NCBI GenBank assembly: GCA_001799695.1
Contig: MGTY01000130.1
Location: forward strand, 52,504-116,503
DNA from: Elusimicrobia bacterium GWA2_69_24
GTDB taxonomy: Bacteria; Elusimicrobiota; Elusimicrobia; UBA1565
Length of the DNA stretch: 64,000 bases
Reading direction: 5' to 3'
Part shown: piece after piece, positions 53,622 to 61,973 of the stretch
Position numbering within the stretch: the stretch's first letter is position 1
How the letters are laid out: every line of letters starts with the position of its first letter
The notes under the pieces: model-generated
What the model saw: only the letters and a program-made list of their open reading frames with translations
What the model was told of the DNA's origin: nothing
Databases searched by the model: none
Program-made: the position numbers and the translations under genes

Positions 53622-55159
53622 TTGGCGCTCAACCTCAGGCTGTACTTGTCGCGCACGTTGTTCTGGCCCGGGTCGGAAGCCGCCAGCCGCAGGAAATAGG
53701 TGCCCACGTCCAGCTCCCGGGAGAACGACATGGATTCCCCGGACTTGTTCGCGGTCCAGGCCTGCACGGGGTTGTACTCCTGGTCGTAGAGCGCCGCCTG
53801 GAAGCGGACGTTCAGTATCCCCGCGGCCTCGAAGAGCACCGTCCCCTTCTGGTAGACGTTGAACTCGTAGAAGTCGGCGTCGCCCCTGGGGGCGATGTAG
53901 CCGTCGACGGATTGGCCGAGCTTGATGGGCTGGGCCGCGGCGGTCGAATCGTTGACCTCGGACTCGAGCCCCTCCTGCCAGTCGACGAGCTGCCGGGTCA
54001 GGGTGTAGGGCTGCCGGGCGTCCGCCTTCCTCCCCGACTTCTCGGAGACGACCAAAAAGTAGTCCCCCTTCGTCACGCCGACTCCGGTCAGCGCCTCGGG
54101 CTGGCCCTTGCCCCCGTTGTCCACCTGGGCGACGGGATTGCCGAGGGCGTCGCAGAGGCGCAGGACCAGATCCAGGGAATCCGGGCCGTTAAGGGTCGCG
54201 CGCAGGATCCCCCGGCCCTCTCCCGGGACCGTCACCCGGACCCAGTCCGAGTCCCCCTCTGGGACGATGGTCCCGGTCATGCCGTCCTGCATCATCGGCG
54301 TGGCGTCCTGCCGCTGGTCGTTAGGCTCGAACTCCGACGCCCCCTGATAGGGCAGGAGCTCGGTCAATATCTCGTAGGGAGCCGCCGCGTTGGCGGAGCG
54401 AGTCCGGCTGCGCAGGCGCAGGTAATACTTGGACGGGCCGCGGACCCCGAAGGCCTTGAAGCTCACGGCCTCGCCGGGCTTCCCCCCGGACACCTCCTTG
54501 AGCTTGTAGGCGTTGCTGTCGTAGATCTCCAGCACCGGATCCACGTTGGCCACGCCGCCGATGGAGATGTTCAGCAGGAAGAGGTCCGCCTGCTGGACGT
54601 CGATGCGGAACCAGTCCGCCTCCATGTAGTCCGTGTCCCCCGCCAGCAGGTTCCGGGACGGATAGTAGCGTCCGCGGGTCACCCCGGAGAGCACGAGGGG
54701 GCTGGCGGTCTGGAGGCTGTCGTCGGGCTCGGCCTCATGTCCGGGGTCGCGGTCCAAAGCGAGCTCCAGGACATAGGTCTGGTCGGGATTGGCGGCCTTA
54801 GGGTTCTTGTTGGACAGCGCGAGGGTGTAGGGGCCGGGAACGACCCCGATGTCGAGCGCGCTCTCGTCCCCCCCTTCGCCGGTCTCGTCGCAGCGCTTGA
54901 GCTCCCGCTGGTCCGGCCCGTAGACGCTGAGCACGAAATCCATGCTCCGGATCCCCCCCACTCGGGCGGAGAGCGTCCCCGGCTCCCGGACCTCGATGCG
55001 GTAGAAGTCCTTATCCGACGCGCTCGCCATGGCCCCCTGCACCCGGCCGGCGCGGACGGCGGTCGCGGAGGCCAGGTCGTCGTTGGGCTCCTTTTCCCGG
55101 GGCGCGCCGCAGGCCGCGAGGGACAGGAAGGCGGCCAGGAGAGCGAGGCGCCGGCGCAT
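53618..55159 (-). CDS. Lipoprotein built from about 5 pre-peptidase C-terminal (PPC)-like domains
   Basis: MRRRLALLAAFLSLAAC lipobox. Recurrent E(P)ND..(Q)A..(I/L)...G.I....D.D(F/W)Y.(I/F) units (EKEPNDDLASATAV...DKDFYRIEV; EAEPDDSLQTASPL; EFEPNDQRQDATPM...DSDWVRVTV; ESEVNDSTAAAQPI...DADFYEFNV). Confidence 0.75.
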   Translation of the reverse strand: MRRRLALLAAFLSLAACGAPREKEPNDDLASATAVRAGRVQGAMASASDKDFYRIEVREPGTLSARVGGIRSMDFVLSVYGPDQRELKRCDETGEGGDESALDIGVVPGPYTLALSNKNPKAANPDQTYVLELALDRDPGHEAEPDDSLQTASPLVLSGVTRGRYYPSRNLLAGDTDYMEADWFRIDVQQADLFLLNISIGGVANVDPVLEIYDSNAYKLKEVSGGKPGEAVSFKAFGVRGPSKYYLRLRSRTRSANAAAPYEILTELLPYQGASEFEPNDQRQDATPMMQDGMTGTIVPEGDSDWVRVTVPGEGRGILRATLNGPDSLDLVLRLCDALGNPVAQVDNGGKGQPEALTGVGVTKGDYFLVVSEKSGRKADARQPYTLTRQLVDWQEGLESEVNDSTAAAQPIKLGQSVDGYIAPRGDADFYEFNVYQKGTVLFEAAGILNVRFQAALYDQEYNPVQAWTANKSGESMSFSRELDVGTYFLRLAASDPGQNNVRDKYSLRLSAK

Positions 55160-55175
55160 GGGCTGATTCTACTTC

Positions 55176-57188
55176 TTAGCTTCCCGGGGTGGCAAACTCG
55201 CGGGTCGGACGGTCCCGGTACACCGCCTTGACGAATTCCATCCAGATGGGCGCCGCGATGGCGCCCCCGGCGTAGCCGTAGCCGAGGGGCACGCGCATGT
55301 CGTCGTGCCCGAGCCAGACCACCGCGGACAGGTCCGGGGTCACGCCCGCGAACCAGGCGTCGCGGTAGTCGTTGGTGGTTCCGGTCTTCCCGGCGGCCGG
55401 GATGTTGAACCCCGTCTTGAGCGCCGCGGCGCGGGCGCTGCCCTCGGGTCCCAGGACCCCGCGCATCACCGACAGCAGCAGGCGGCAGGTCTCCGGCTTC
55501 AGCACGGGCCGCGGCGGCTCCGGCGGCGGTCCCTGGCCCGCCGTCCCCGGAACCGGAGGCGTCTCCGCGGCCCCCTCATCGGCGTCCGCTTCCGCGGCCG
55601 GTTCCCCGGCCGTCATGTCCTCTCCCGAGCGGCCTTCGATGGAGCGGATGAAATGCGGCTCCACGGGCCGCCCCTCGTTGACGAACACCGCGTAGGCCCG
55701 GGCCAGCTGAAAGGCGGACAGGTCCACCGTCCCCAGCGCCAGCGTGAGGTTACGGGGGAAGGCCTCCGGGGCCTTCCCCGAGGCGGCGGCCACGACCGCG
55801 ATCACCGGGTCCAGACCCACGGCCTCCAGCAGGCGGATGGCGACCGAGTTGAGGGACTTATGCAGGGCCAGGGCCAGCGTGACCTTCCCGTAGTATTTCT
55901 TCCCGTAGTTCTGCGGCGACCAGGTCCGGCCCCCGCTCTTGTAGTGGACGGGCGCGTCCTCCATCGTGTCCTCGGGCTTGAAGCGCCCCGACTCGAAGGC
56001 CGCGGCGAAGATGAAGGGCTTGACCGAGGAGCCGATGGGACGGGCGCTGTCGGCGCGGATGAGCTGGTTCTGGAAGTTGAAGCCGCTGCCGCCCACGAGG
56101 GCGAGCACGGAACCGTCCCGGGGGTCCAGCGCGACCAGGGCCCCCTCGATGCCCTTGACCGCCCCGGTCGATTTCCCGGACTCCGCGCGGGCGTTGAGCT
56201 CCGCCAGCCCGCGGCGCAGGGCGTCCTGCGCCGCGCGCTGGAGATCGAGGTCGAAGGTCGTGTTCACCTTGAGTCCGCCCTTGAGCAGGCGGTCCTTGCT
56301 GAAATCCTTGAGCAGCCGGCGGCGCACGGCCTCGACCGCGTAGGGCGCTTCGTTGACCCGCATGCGCCAGAACGCGGTCTCCGGGACCTTCAGCCGCTCG
56401 CTCATCCGCTTCCAGAAATCGGCGGAGATGCCCTCCACCGCGCTCGCGGGCACGAAATCCAGCTTCGCCATGCGCGAGAGCACGGTGCGGTGCCGGGCCT
56501 GGGCCAGACCGAGGTTCGCGAACGGCGAGTAGCGGTTGGGATTGGGGATGATGCCGACCAGCATGGCGCACTCCGCCAGGTCCAGGTCCCGCGCGGATTT
56601 CCCGAAATAGTAGCGAGCCGCGGACTCGATCCCGAACACCCCATGGCCGAAATAGGCGAAATCCAGGTACATGAGCAGGATCTGGTCCTTGGTGAACTTG
56701 GCCTCGAGCTTGCGCGCGCAGAAGAGCTCGTAGATCTTCCGGCCGTAGGTCTTGCGGCGGGTCGTGAACATCATCTTGGCCAGCTGCTGGGTGATCGTGC
56801 TCCCGCCCTGACTGCGCCGCATGTTGCGCGCATTGACCCAGAGGGCCCGGACCAGCGCGCTCCAATTCACCCCGTGGTGCTCGTAGAAGGTCCCGTCCTC
56901 GGAGGCGACCAGGGCCTTCTTGAGGAAGGCCGGGAGTTCCGCGGGATCGCTCACGTAGAGCCGCTTCTCGCTGGAGAACTCCCCCAGGAGCCGGCCCTTG
57001 ACGTCCAGGATCCGGGTCGGCACGGCCTCGACCGACAGCTTGGAGGCCATGTAGGGGACTTCGAAGGTCTCGTCGTCTTCCAGGAAGTACTCCTCCCGGC
57101 CCGGGGCGCTGACGGTGAGGTAGAACTGGTCCATGCGGTCGACGATCGTGGACTCATGGCTCTTATAGGTCCACCAGCCGCGGGCCAC
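55176..57188 (-). CDS. mrcA: Class A penicillin-binding protein (PBP1A-type glycosyltransferase plus transpeptidase); the true start is probably upstream of 57188
   Basis: GT51 motifs EDGTFYEHHGVNW and GGSTITQQLAK. Transpeptidase SVKPF and KTGTTN. The in-frame sequence upstream of the GTG at 57188 encodes the expected TM anchor (see findings). Confidence 0.9.
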   Translation of the reverse strand: MARGWWTYKSHESTIVDRMDQFYLTVSAPGREEYFLEDDETFEVPYMASKLSVEAVPTRILDVKGRLLGEFSSEKRLYVSDPAELPAFLKKALVASEDGTFYEHHGVNWSALVRALWVNARNMRRSQGGSTITQQLAKMMFTTRRKTYGRKIYELFCARKLEAKFTKDQILLMYLDFAYFGHGVFGIESAARYYFGKSARDLDLAECAMLVGIIPNPNRYSPFANLGLAQARHRTVLSRMAKLDFVPASAVEGISADFWKRMSERLKVPETAFWRMRVNEAPYAVEAVRRRLLKDFSKDRLLKGGLKVNTTFDLDLQRAAQDALRRGLAELNARAESGKSTGAVKGIEGALVALDPRDGSVLALVGGSGFNFQNQLIRADSARPIGSSVKPFIFAAAFESGRFKPEDTMEDAPVHYKSGGRTWSPQNYGKKYYGKVTLALALHKSLNSVAIRLLEAVGLDPVIAVVAAASGKAPEAFPRNLTLALGTVDLSAFQLARAYAVFVNEGRPVEPHFIRSIEGRSGEDMTAGEPAAEADADEGAAETPPVPGTAGQGPPPEPPRPVLKPETCRLLLSVMRGVLGPEGSARAAALKTGFNIPAAGKTGTTNDYRDAWFAGVTPDLSAVVWLGHDDMRVPLGYGYAGGAIAAPIWMEFVKAVYRDRPTREFATPGS

Positions 57189-57246
57189 CAGGACCAGGGC
57201 GGCGAACGGCCCCAGAAGGAGGGCGAGGCAGACGCCGAGAGCTATC

Positions 57247-57771
57247 TTAAGGAAGCCGGAGGAAATCGGCCATCTCCTGTAGCGCTTCCACCGGCACGGG
57301 CGGCTGGACGATCCTCGGGACCCCGGGCTGGCGCAGGAGTATCCGGCCCGAAGCGTCGCTGACGATGAACTGCGGCACCCCGCCCCCCACGTCCACCAGC
57401 CCCGACGGGTCCAGCAAGGTATCCGGGCCCAGCTCCCGGGCGTAGTCCGTCATGGCCCCGGCGCGGTCCCGGCCCACGACCACGCGCATCGCGACGCCGC
57501 GCTCGCGCAGATAGCCCTTCAGGTCGACGATGAGCGCCGTGGAAGCCCGGCACACGCCGCACCAGGGGGCCACGTAGGCCGTCAGGCACTTGGCGGTGGG
57601 ACATTCCTTGAGAGAGACCTTCTGTCCGTCGACCGAGACCAGGGGCGCCTCCGGGAAGCCGTCGCCGGAGGCCCCGCCGCCCCCCCCGCCCGGGCGCCGC
57701 GCGAGCCAGGAGAGCGTCAGCAGGGCGACGAAGACCCCGGCCACGACGAGGAGGCGGCGTCCGTTCTGCAT
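57247..57771 (-). CDS. Membrane-anchored thioredoxin-fold (TlpA/redoxin-like) protein
   Basis: TM RRLLVVAGVFVALLTLSWL. CxxC active site in AYVAPWCGVCRAS. Start moved to the ATG at 57771. Confidence 0.8.
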   Translation of the reverse strand: MQNGRRLLVVAGVFVALLTLSWLARRPGGGGGGASGDGFPEAPLVSVDGQKVSLKECPTAKCLTAYVAPWCGVCRASTALIVDLKGYLRERGVAMRVVVGRDRAGAMTDYARELGPDTLLDPSGLVDVGGGVPQFIVSDASGRILLRQPGVPRIVQPPVPVEALQEMADFLRLP

Positions 57772-57827
57772 GGTTGCACCCCTATGGTACAACATCTAGA
57801 ATATCCCCAGCTTCGTAGGAGGCGCCC

Positions 57828-58502
57828 ATGGATATCCAGCAGTTCTTCGCTTCGCCGTTTTCGATCTTCCTGCTGGTCGCCTGCGTCTTCGGCGTCATGG
57901 CCTACTACAGCTGGTATCTGGAGAAGAAGCGCCGGGAAGCCATGGCCGCCGCGGCCGCCCAGGTCGGCTTCACCTACGAGCCGGCCTCGGGGGGAGTCCC
58001 CGGCGATACCTTCGGCTCGTTCCATCTCTTCAACCAGGGCCACAGCCGCTCCTACTCCAACGTCCTGCGCGGCCCGCTGAGCGCGGAGGCCCAGGCACTG
58101 CTCTTCGACTACACCTACGTGACCGGCAGCGGGAAGAACCGCTCGACCCATCGCCAGAGCGTCGCGGCGCTCTACGACTCCCGGGCGCATTTCCCCGGCT
58201 TCGAGCTCCGTCCGGAGCACATGTTCCACAAGCTCGGCTCCCTGTTCGGCTACCAGGACCTCGATTTCGATTTCAACCCCAAGTTCTCCGGGGAGTACCT
58301 CCTGCGCGGCCAGGATGAGGCCGCGATCCGGAACCTGTTCGGCCCCTCGGTGCTGAGCTACTTCGAGAACAACCCCGGCTGGTGCGTAGAGGGCGGCGGG
58401 GACTGCCTCGCGGTCTACCGCTCCGGCAAGCGCATCGAGCCCGAAGAAGTCCCCTCCCACCTGGACCGCCTGCGCACCCTCTTCTTCGTCTTCCCGAGAT
58501 AG
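57828..58502 (+). CDS. Hypothetical membrane-anchored protein
   Basis: TAGGAGG Shine-Dalgarno upstream. N-terminal TM FSIFLLVACVFGVMAYYSWY. No recognised domain. Confidence 0.65.
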   Translation: MDIQQFFASPFSIFLLVACVFGVMAYYSWYLEKKRREAMAAAAAQVGFTYEPASGGVPGDTFGSFHLFNQGHSRSYSNVLRGPLSAEAQALLFDYTYVTGSGKNRSTHRQSVAALYDSRAHFPGFELRPEHMFHKLGSLFGYQDLDFDFNPKFSGEYLLRGQDEAAIRNLFGPSVLSYFENNPGWCVEGGGDCLAVYRSGKRIEPEEVPSHLDRLRTLFFVFPR

Positions 58503-58512
58503 CGCCCAACCG

Positions 58513-58619
58513 GGTGCCAGGGGTCAACTTGCTGGAATCAGTGGAATTGTCTGCCTTCCCTACGCCAGAACGACCCCGATAGACTTCCCAATAAGTCCAG
58601 TAAGTTGACCCCTGGCACC
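58513..58619. repeat. Long inverted repeat: 24-bp arms (one G/A difference, G-U compatible) around a 59-nt loop
   Basis: GGTGCCAGGGGTCAACTTGCTGGA at 58513..58536 against TCCAGTAAGTTGACCCCTGGCACC at 58596..58619. The loop is AT-richer. Lies 11 nt downstream of the stop at 58502. Confidence 0.7.
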
Positions 58620-58766
58620 GGCCTCAACAATCTGGGCCCTGGGGCCCAGAAAGGGCTGGGCCTGTTGCCCCTTACGCGTAGGCCTCTTGGGAACCATACT
58701 TAGGCCAGAAGGCCCAGCAGGAAGTCAGGGGGATGCGGGCCGCGCAGAGCCTCGGAGGTGGAGAAG

Positions 58767-60050
58767 ATGACGAACATCAAGCTGCAGTCCCTTCTTCGGA
58801 AAGCCCTAGCCCTCGTCGTGTGGATCCCCCTGGCGGCGCCGGTGTTCGGCGCCGAAGTCATCTACACCGCGACGGAAAGCAAGATCATGACCTTCGCCCC
58901 CGGAACCTCCGTGGCGGCCATGCGTTCCGCGGCCGAGGCTTCCGGCGCCAAGGTCCTGCGCGAACTCCCCCTGATCGACGCCGTCGAAGTCGTCCCCTCC
59001 GCCACCCGGATGGAGGTCCGCCTGGCGGCCTTCTCCTCCAAGGGGATCCGGTCCATCGAACCCAATGAGTACCGGAAGTGGATCGAGACCGTCTCCCCCG
59101 AGGCCCTGCGCGCCGCGGACCCGCTGGCCGGCGCCTCGCTGGGCGCGGCCCGCGGCGGCGACGTCCCCGAAGCGACGGAGGGCGAGGCGAAGGAAGGCGA
59201 CAACGCCGCCACCCCTGACGAGAAGTACTTCTGGGGCTTGAAGCGCGTGAAGGCGCCCGGCATCTGGAAGCAGGCCACCGGCAAAGGCGTCAAGGTCGCG
59301 GTCATCGACACCGGGATCGACTACACCCACCCCGATCTCGCCTCCAACTACGTGGGGGGCTACAACGCCCTCGACCCCAAGAAGGACCCGATAGACGACC
59401 ACGGGCACGGCACGCACGTCGCCGGCACCATCGCCGGCGCGGGGGAGAAGGCCGTGGTCGGGGTCGCCCCGCGGGCCAGCCTGTACGCGGTCAAGGTGCT
59501 CGACGCCGACGGCGGCGGGAGCTACGCCTCCATCATCGCCGGCATCCAGTGGGCGGTCGAGAACAAGATGGACATCGTCAATATGAGCCTGGGCGGGCCG
59601 GCCTCTCCGGCCCTCCAGAAGGCCATCCAGGCGGCCTATAAAGCCGGGGTCACGGTGGTCGCGGCCGCGGGCAACGACCCGGAGGCACCGGTCTCCGCCC
59701 CCGCCATGTACGAGGAGACCATCTGCGTCAGCGCCAGCACCTTCGACGACAAGCTGGCCTTCTTCTCGACCACCGGCCCCGAGGTGGACTTCATCGCCCC
59801 GGGCCACGAGATCGACTCGTCCTGGCCCGGCGGCAAGATCGCGCGCCTCTCCGGGACCTCCATGGCCACCCCGCACATGGCCGGCCTAGCCGCCCTGGCC
59901 AAGCAACTCGGCGCGCGGGGTCCGGACGCCATCCGGTCCAAGCTGGCGCAGGCCGCCGGCCTGCTCCCCGACCTCACCGCGGACCAGCAGGGCGCGGGAC
60001 TGGTCGAGGCGGACCGCTGGGTCAAGGCCCTCATGGCCTCTACTAAGTAG
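58767..60050 (+). CDS. Secreted subtilisin-family (S8) serine protease with an N-terminal propeptide
   Basis: Catalytic triad motifs VAVIDTGIDYTHPDL, HGHGTHVAGTIAG and GTSMATPHMAG. Signal peptide LALVVWIPLAAPVFG. GGAGG Shine-Dalgarno 8 nt before the ATG at 58767. Confidence 0.9.
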   Translation: MTNIKLQSLLRKALALVVWIPLAAPVFGAEVIYTATESKIMTFAPGTSVAAMRSAAEASGAKVLRELPLIDAVEVVPSATRMEVRLAAFSSKGIRSIEPNEYRKWIETVSPEALRAADPLAGASLGAARGGDVPEATEGEAKEGDNAATPDEKYFWGLKRVKAPGIWKQATGKGVKVAVIDTGIDYTHPDLASNYVGGYNALDPKKDPIDDHGHGTHVAGTIAGAGEKAVVGVAPRASLYAVKVLDADGGGSYASIIAGIQWAVENKMDIVNMSLGGPASPALQKAIQAAYKAGVTVVAAAGNDPEAPVSAPAMYEETICVSASTFDDKLAFFSTTGPEVDFIAPGHEIDSSWPGGKIARLSGTSMATPHMAGLAALAKQLGARGPDAIRSKLAQAAGLLPDLTADQQGAGLVEADRWVKALMASTK

Positions 60051-60063
60051 CCGATCATACGAA

Positions 60064-60110
60064 GGACCGGGGGGCCGCCCCCTGAATCCCGCGGCCCCCC
60101 GGTCCTTTTT
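60064..60110 (+). terminator. Rho-independent terminator: 15-bp perfect stem plus T5
   Basis: GGACCGGGGGGCCGC (60064..60078), loop CCCCTGAATCCC, GCGGCCCCCCGGTCC (60091..60105), TTTTT (60106..60110). Begins 14 nt after the protease stop. Confidence 0.7.
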
Positions 60111-60138
60111 AATCCCCCCTCCCTACCCCCCACCCCGG

Positions 60139-60161
60139 CCCTCCCCCGCAAGGGGGGAGGG
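60139..60161 (-). terminator. GC hairpin CCCTCCCCC-GCAA-GGGGGAGGG downstream of the minus-strand Memo-AMMECR1 gene
   Basis: 9-bp stem, about 20 nt after the stop at 60182. No clear T-tract. Confidence 0.35.
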
Positions 60162-60181
60162 AGAACTGCCGGGGAGGGTGA

Positions 60182-61831
60182 TCAGATGCCTTCGGGTATG
60201 ATCTGCGCCTCGAACACCTGGTAGGTCGCCCCGCTCCGCCAGCCGTCCTCCTCCAGCCCGGCCTTGCGCGACAGCTGGGAGAGCATCTGGTCCCGGGTCC
60301 AGCCGAACTCCAGAGGGACCTGCGGCAGGAACACGGCCTGCCGATCGCCCTTGGTAAGCAGGACGCCGTGCCAGCCGACGAGGATCTGGTCCGGCCCGGA
60401 CACGGCCCGCAGGGGCCCCAGGACCGAGACCTCGACCGAGACCTCCGACAATTCCGCCGGCTGGACGGGGGGGAAGCGGCGGTCGTTGGCGCTGGCGTTC
60501 ACCGCGTTCTCGATGACCCCCTGGTAGAGGGGCGCGGCGCCCACGATGCTCCCGATGCAGCCGCGCAGTTCCCGCTGCCGGCGCAAGGTGACGAAGACCC
60601 CGCGCGTCTTGAGCAGGCCCTTCTTGACGGTGTTGGCGAGGACCCGCGGGTCCGGGACGATCCCCTTGTTGACGAAGGCGTCGACCGTGTCGCGGGCCAG
60701 GGTGACGAGCTGCCGCTGTTCCTCGGGCCCGAGCATGTCCGCCTCGCGGGTCTCGGCCTCCGACCCCGAGACGGCCACGGCCGGCTCGCCGGGCGCGCTC
60801 CCATCGGTGAAGAGGATGGACGCGTAGCTGACGGAGCCCTCCCACTCCCCCGTGATGTCCCCCGACCGGTAGTAGCGCAGCAGGCTGCCCCGCGCCCGCT
60901 CCGGGAGCGCGTTGAGCAGGACGGCGATCGGCGTCTCGCCGCAGACCGTGTTCCCGGTCTGCTTCTGCGCTGCGAGAAAGCCCTTGGGGTCCCGGCTCAG
61001 GATCCGGTCGATGGACTTCCGGTCGAACGCCGCGATGCCGCGCGGGACGTCCTTGGAGAAAGGCCGGTAGTTGAAGCGCTCGCCGTAGTGCATGAAGTCC
61101 GAGCTGGCCACGATCACGGTCTTATCGTCCACGAGCTTGCGCAGGGCGGCCGCGGCCGCGGCGTATTCCTCGCCCTTGAGCACCCCGAAGAGGACGGGGA
61201 CGATGGCATAGCCCTCGGGCAGGACCTTCTGCACGAAAGGCAGCTGGATCTCGATGGAGTGCTCGCGCTCATGGACCTCCGGCCGCACGGCGAAGAGCGG
61301 CGAGCCGCTCAGCGCGGCCAGCGCTCGCGTGTCCACGGGAATGAGGCCGAGGGGGGTCTTGAAATGCGTGGCGTCCGGGAGGGCCGCGCCGCGCAGGGGG
61401 AAGGCATGGCTGACGCCCAAGACGATCACCCGGCGCACGTCCCGGCCCGCGAGGGCCTGGTACGCGTACGCCGCGGCCTGTCCCGAGAACACGTGCCCGG
61501 CGTGCGGGGCGATCAGGGCCAGGACCCGTTCGCGCGTCTCCACGCGGCCGGTCCGGTCCAGATACAGCCCCAGCTGGTTCTCCAGCTCGATGGGCTCGGC
61601 GGGATACCAGGAGCCCGCCAGGGCGGGAAGCCGGATCCGGTCCTGCGCGTCGGAGGACGGCGCGCCGGAGGCCGCAGTCGCCCCCGGCCCGGGGACGGCG
61701 CCCTGGTCCTCGGCGCCGGGAGAGCCCTTCGACCCGCAGCGCGACAGGGACGCGATGAGGATCAGCCCGGCGAGAGGCACGGCCAGGAGCGGGAGCCGGC
61801 GCCGGTCAGCCAGCCAATTCATCGGGTCCAT
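60182..61831 (-). CDS. amrB-amrA: Fused AmmeMemoRadiSam system protein B (MEMO1-like) and protein A (AMMECR1) with an N-terminal signal/anchor
   Basis: Memo part: GSWYPAEP...LIAPHAGHVFSGQAAAYAY...VIVLGVSH...EHSIEIQLPFVQ...SSDFMHYG. AMMECR1 part: RGVFVTLRRQRELRGCIGSI...NAVNASANDRRFPPV...VEVSVLGPL...GVLLTKGDRQAVFLPQV. N-terminus: ADRRRLPLLAVPLAGLILIASLSRCGS. Confidence 0.85.
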   Translation of the reverse strand: MDPMNWLADRRRLPLLAVPLAGLILIASLSRCGSKGSPGAEDQGAVPGPGATAASGAPSSDAQDRIRLPALAGSWYPAEPIELENQLGLYLDRTGRVETRERVLALIAPHAGHVFSGQAAAYAYQALAGRDVRRVIVLGVSHAFPLRGAALPDATHFKTPLGLIPVDTRALAALSGSPLFAVRPEVHEREHSIEIQLPFVQKVLPEGYAIVPVLFGVLKGEEYAAAAAALRKLVDDKTVIVASSDFMHYGERFNYRPFSKDVPRGIAAFDRKSIDRILSRDPKGFLAAQKQTGNTVCGETPIAVLLNALPERARGSLLRYYRSGDITGEWEGSVSYASILFTDGSAPGEPAVAVSGSEAETREADMLGPEEQRQLVTLARDTVDAFVNKGIVPDPRVLANTVKKGLLKTRGVFVTLRRQRELRGCIGSIVGAAPLYQGVIENAVNASANDRRFPPVQPAELSEVSVEVSVLGPLRAVSGPDQILVGWHGVLLTKGDRQAVFLPQVPLEFGWTRDQMLSQLSRKAGLEEDGWRSGATYQVFEAQIIPEGI

Positions 61832-61973
61832 AGAAATCCGCCTCCTTGAGCTCCCTCTCCCGAGGGACCGTCCCCGTCCAGCGGCGCAGCCCCGTCGCCA
61901 GCAGCCCCGCGGCCGCCGCGGCGAGCCCCCTCAGGAGCCCACGCCGCGTGCACGTCGGATGATCCGGTCTCAT
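61806..61973 (-). CDS. Possible small (55 aa) twin-arginine-signal peptide
   Basis: MRPDHPTCTRRGLLRGLAAAAAGLLATGLRRWTGTVPRERELKEADFYGPDELAG. Its ATG overlaps the TGA of the radical SAM gene (ATGA). It fills the 138-nt gap in the operon. GC3-rich codons. Its 3' end overlaps the next gene by 26 nt. Confidence 0.4.
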   Translation of the reverse strand: MRPDHPTCTRRGLLRGLAAAAAGLLATGLRRWTGTVPRERELKEADFYGPDELAG

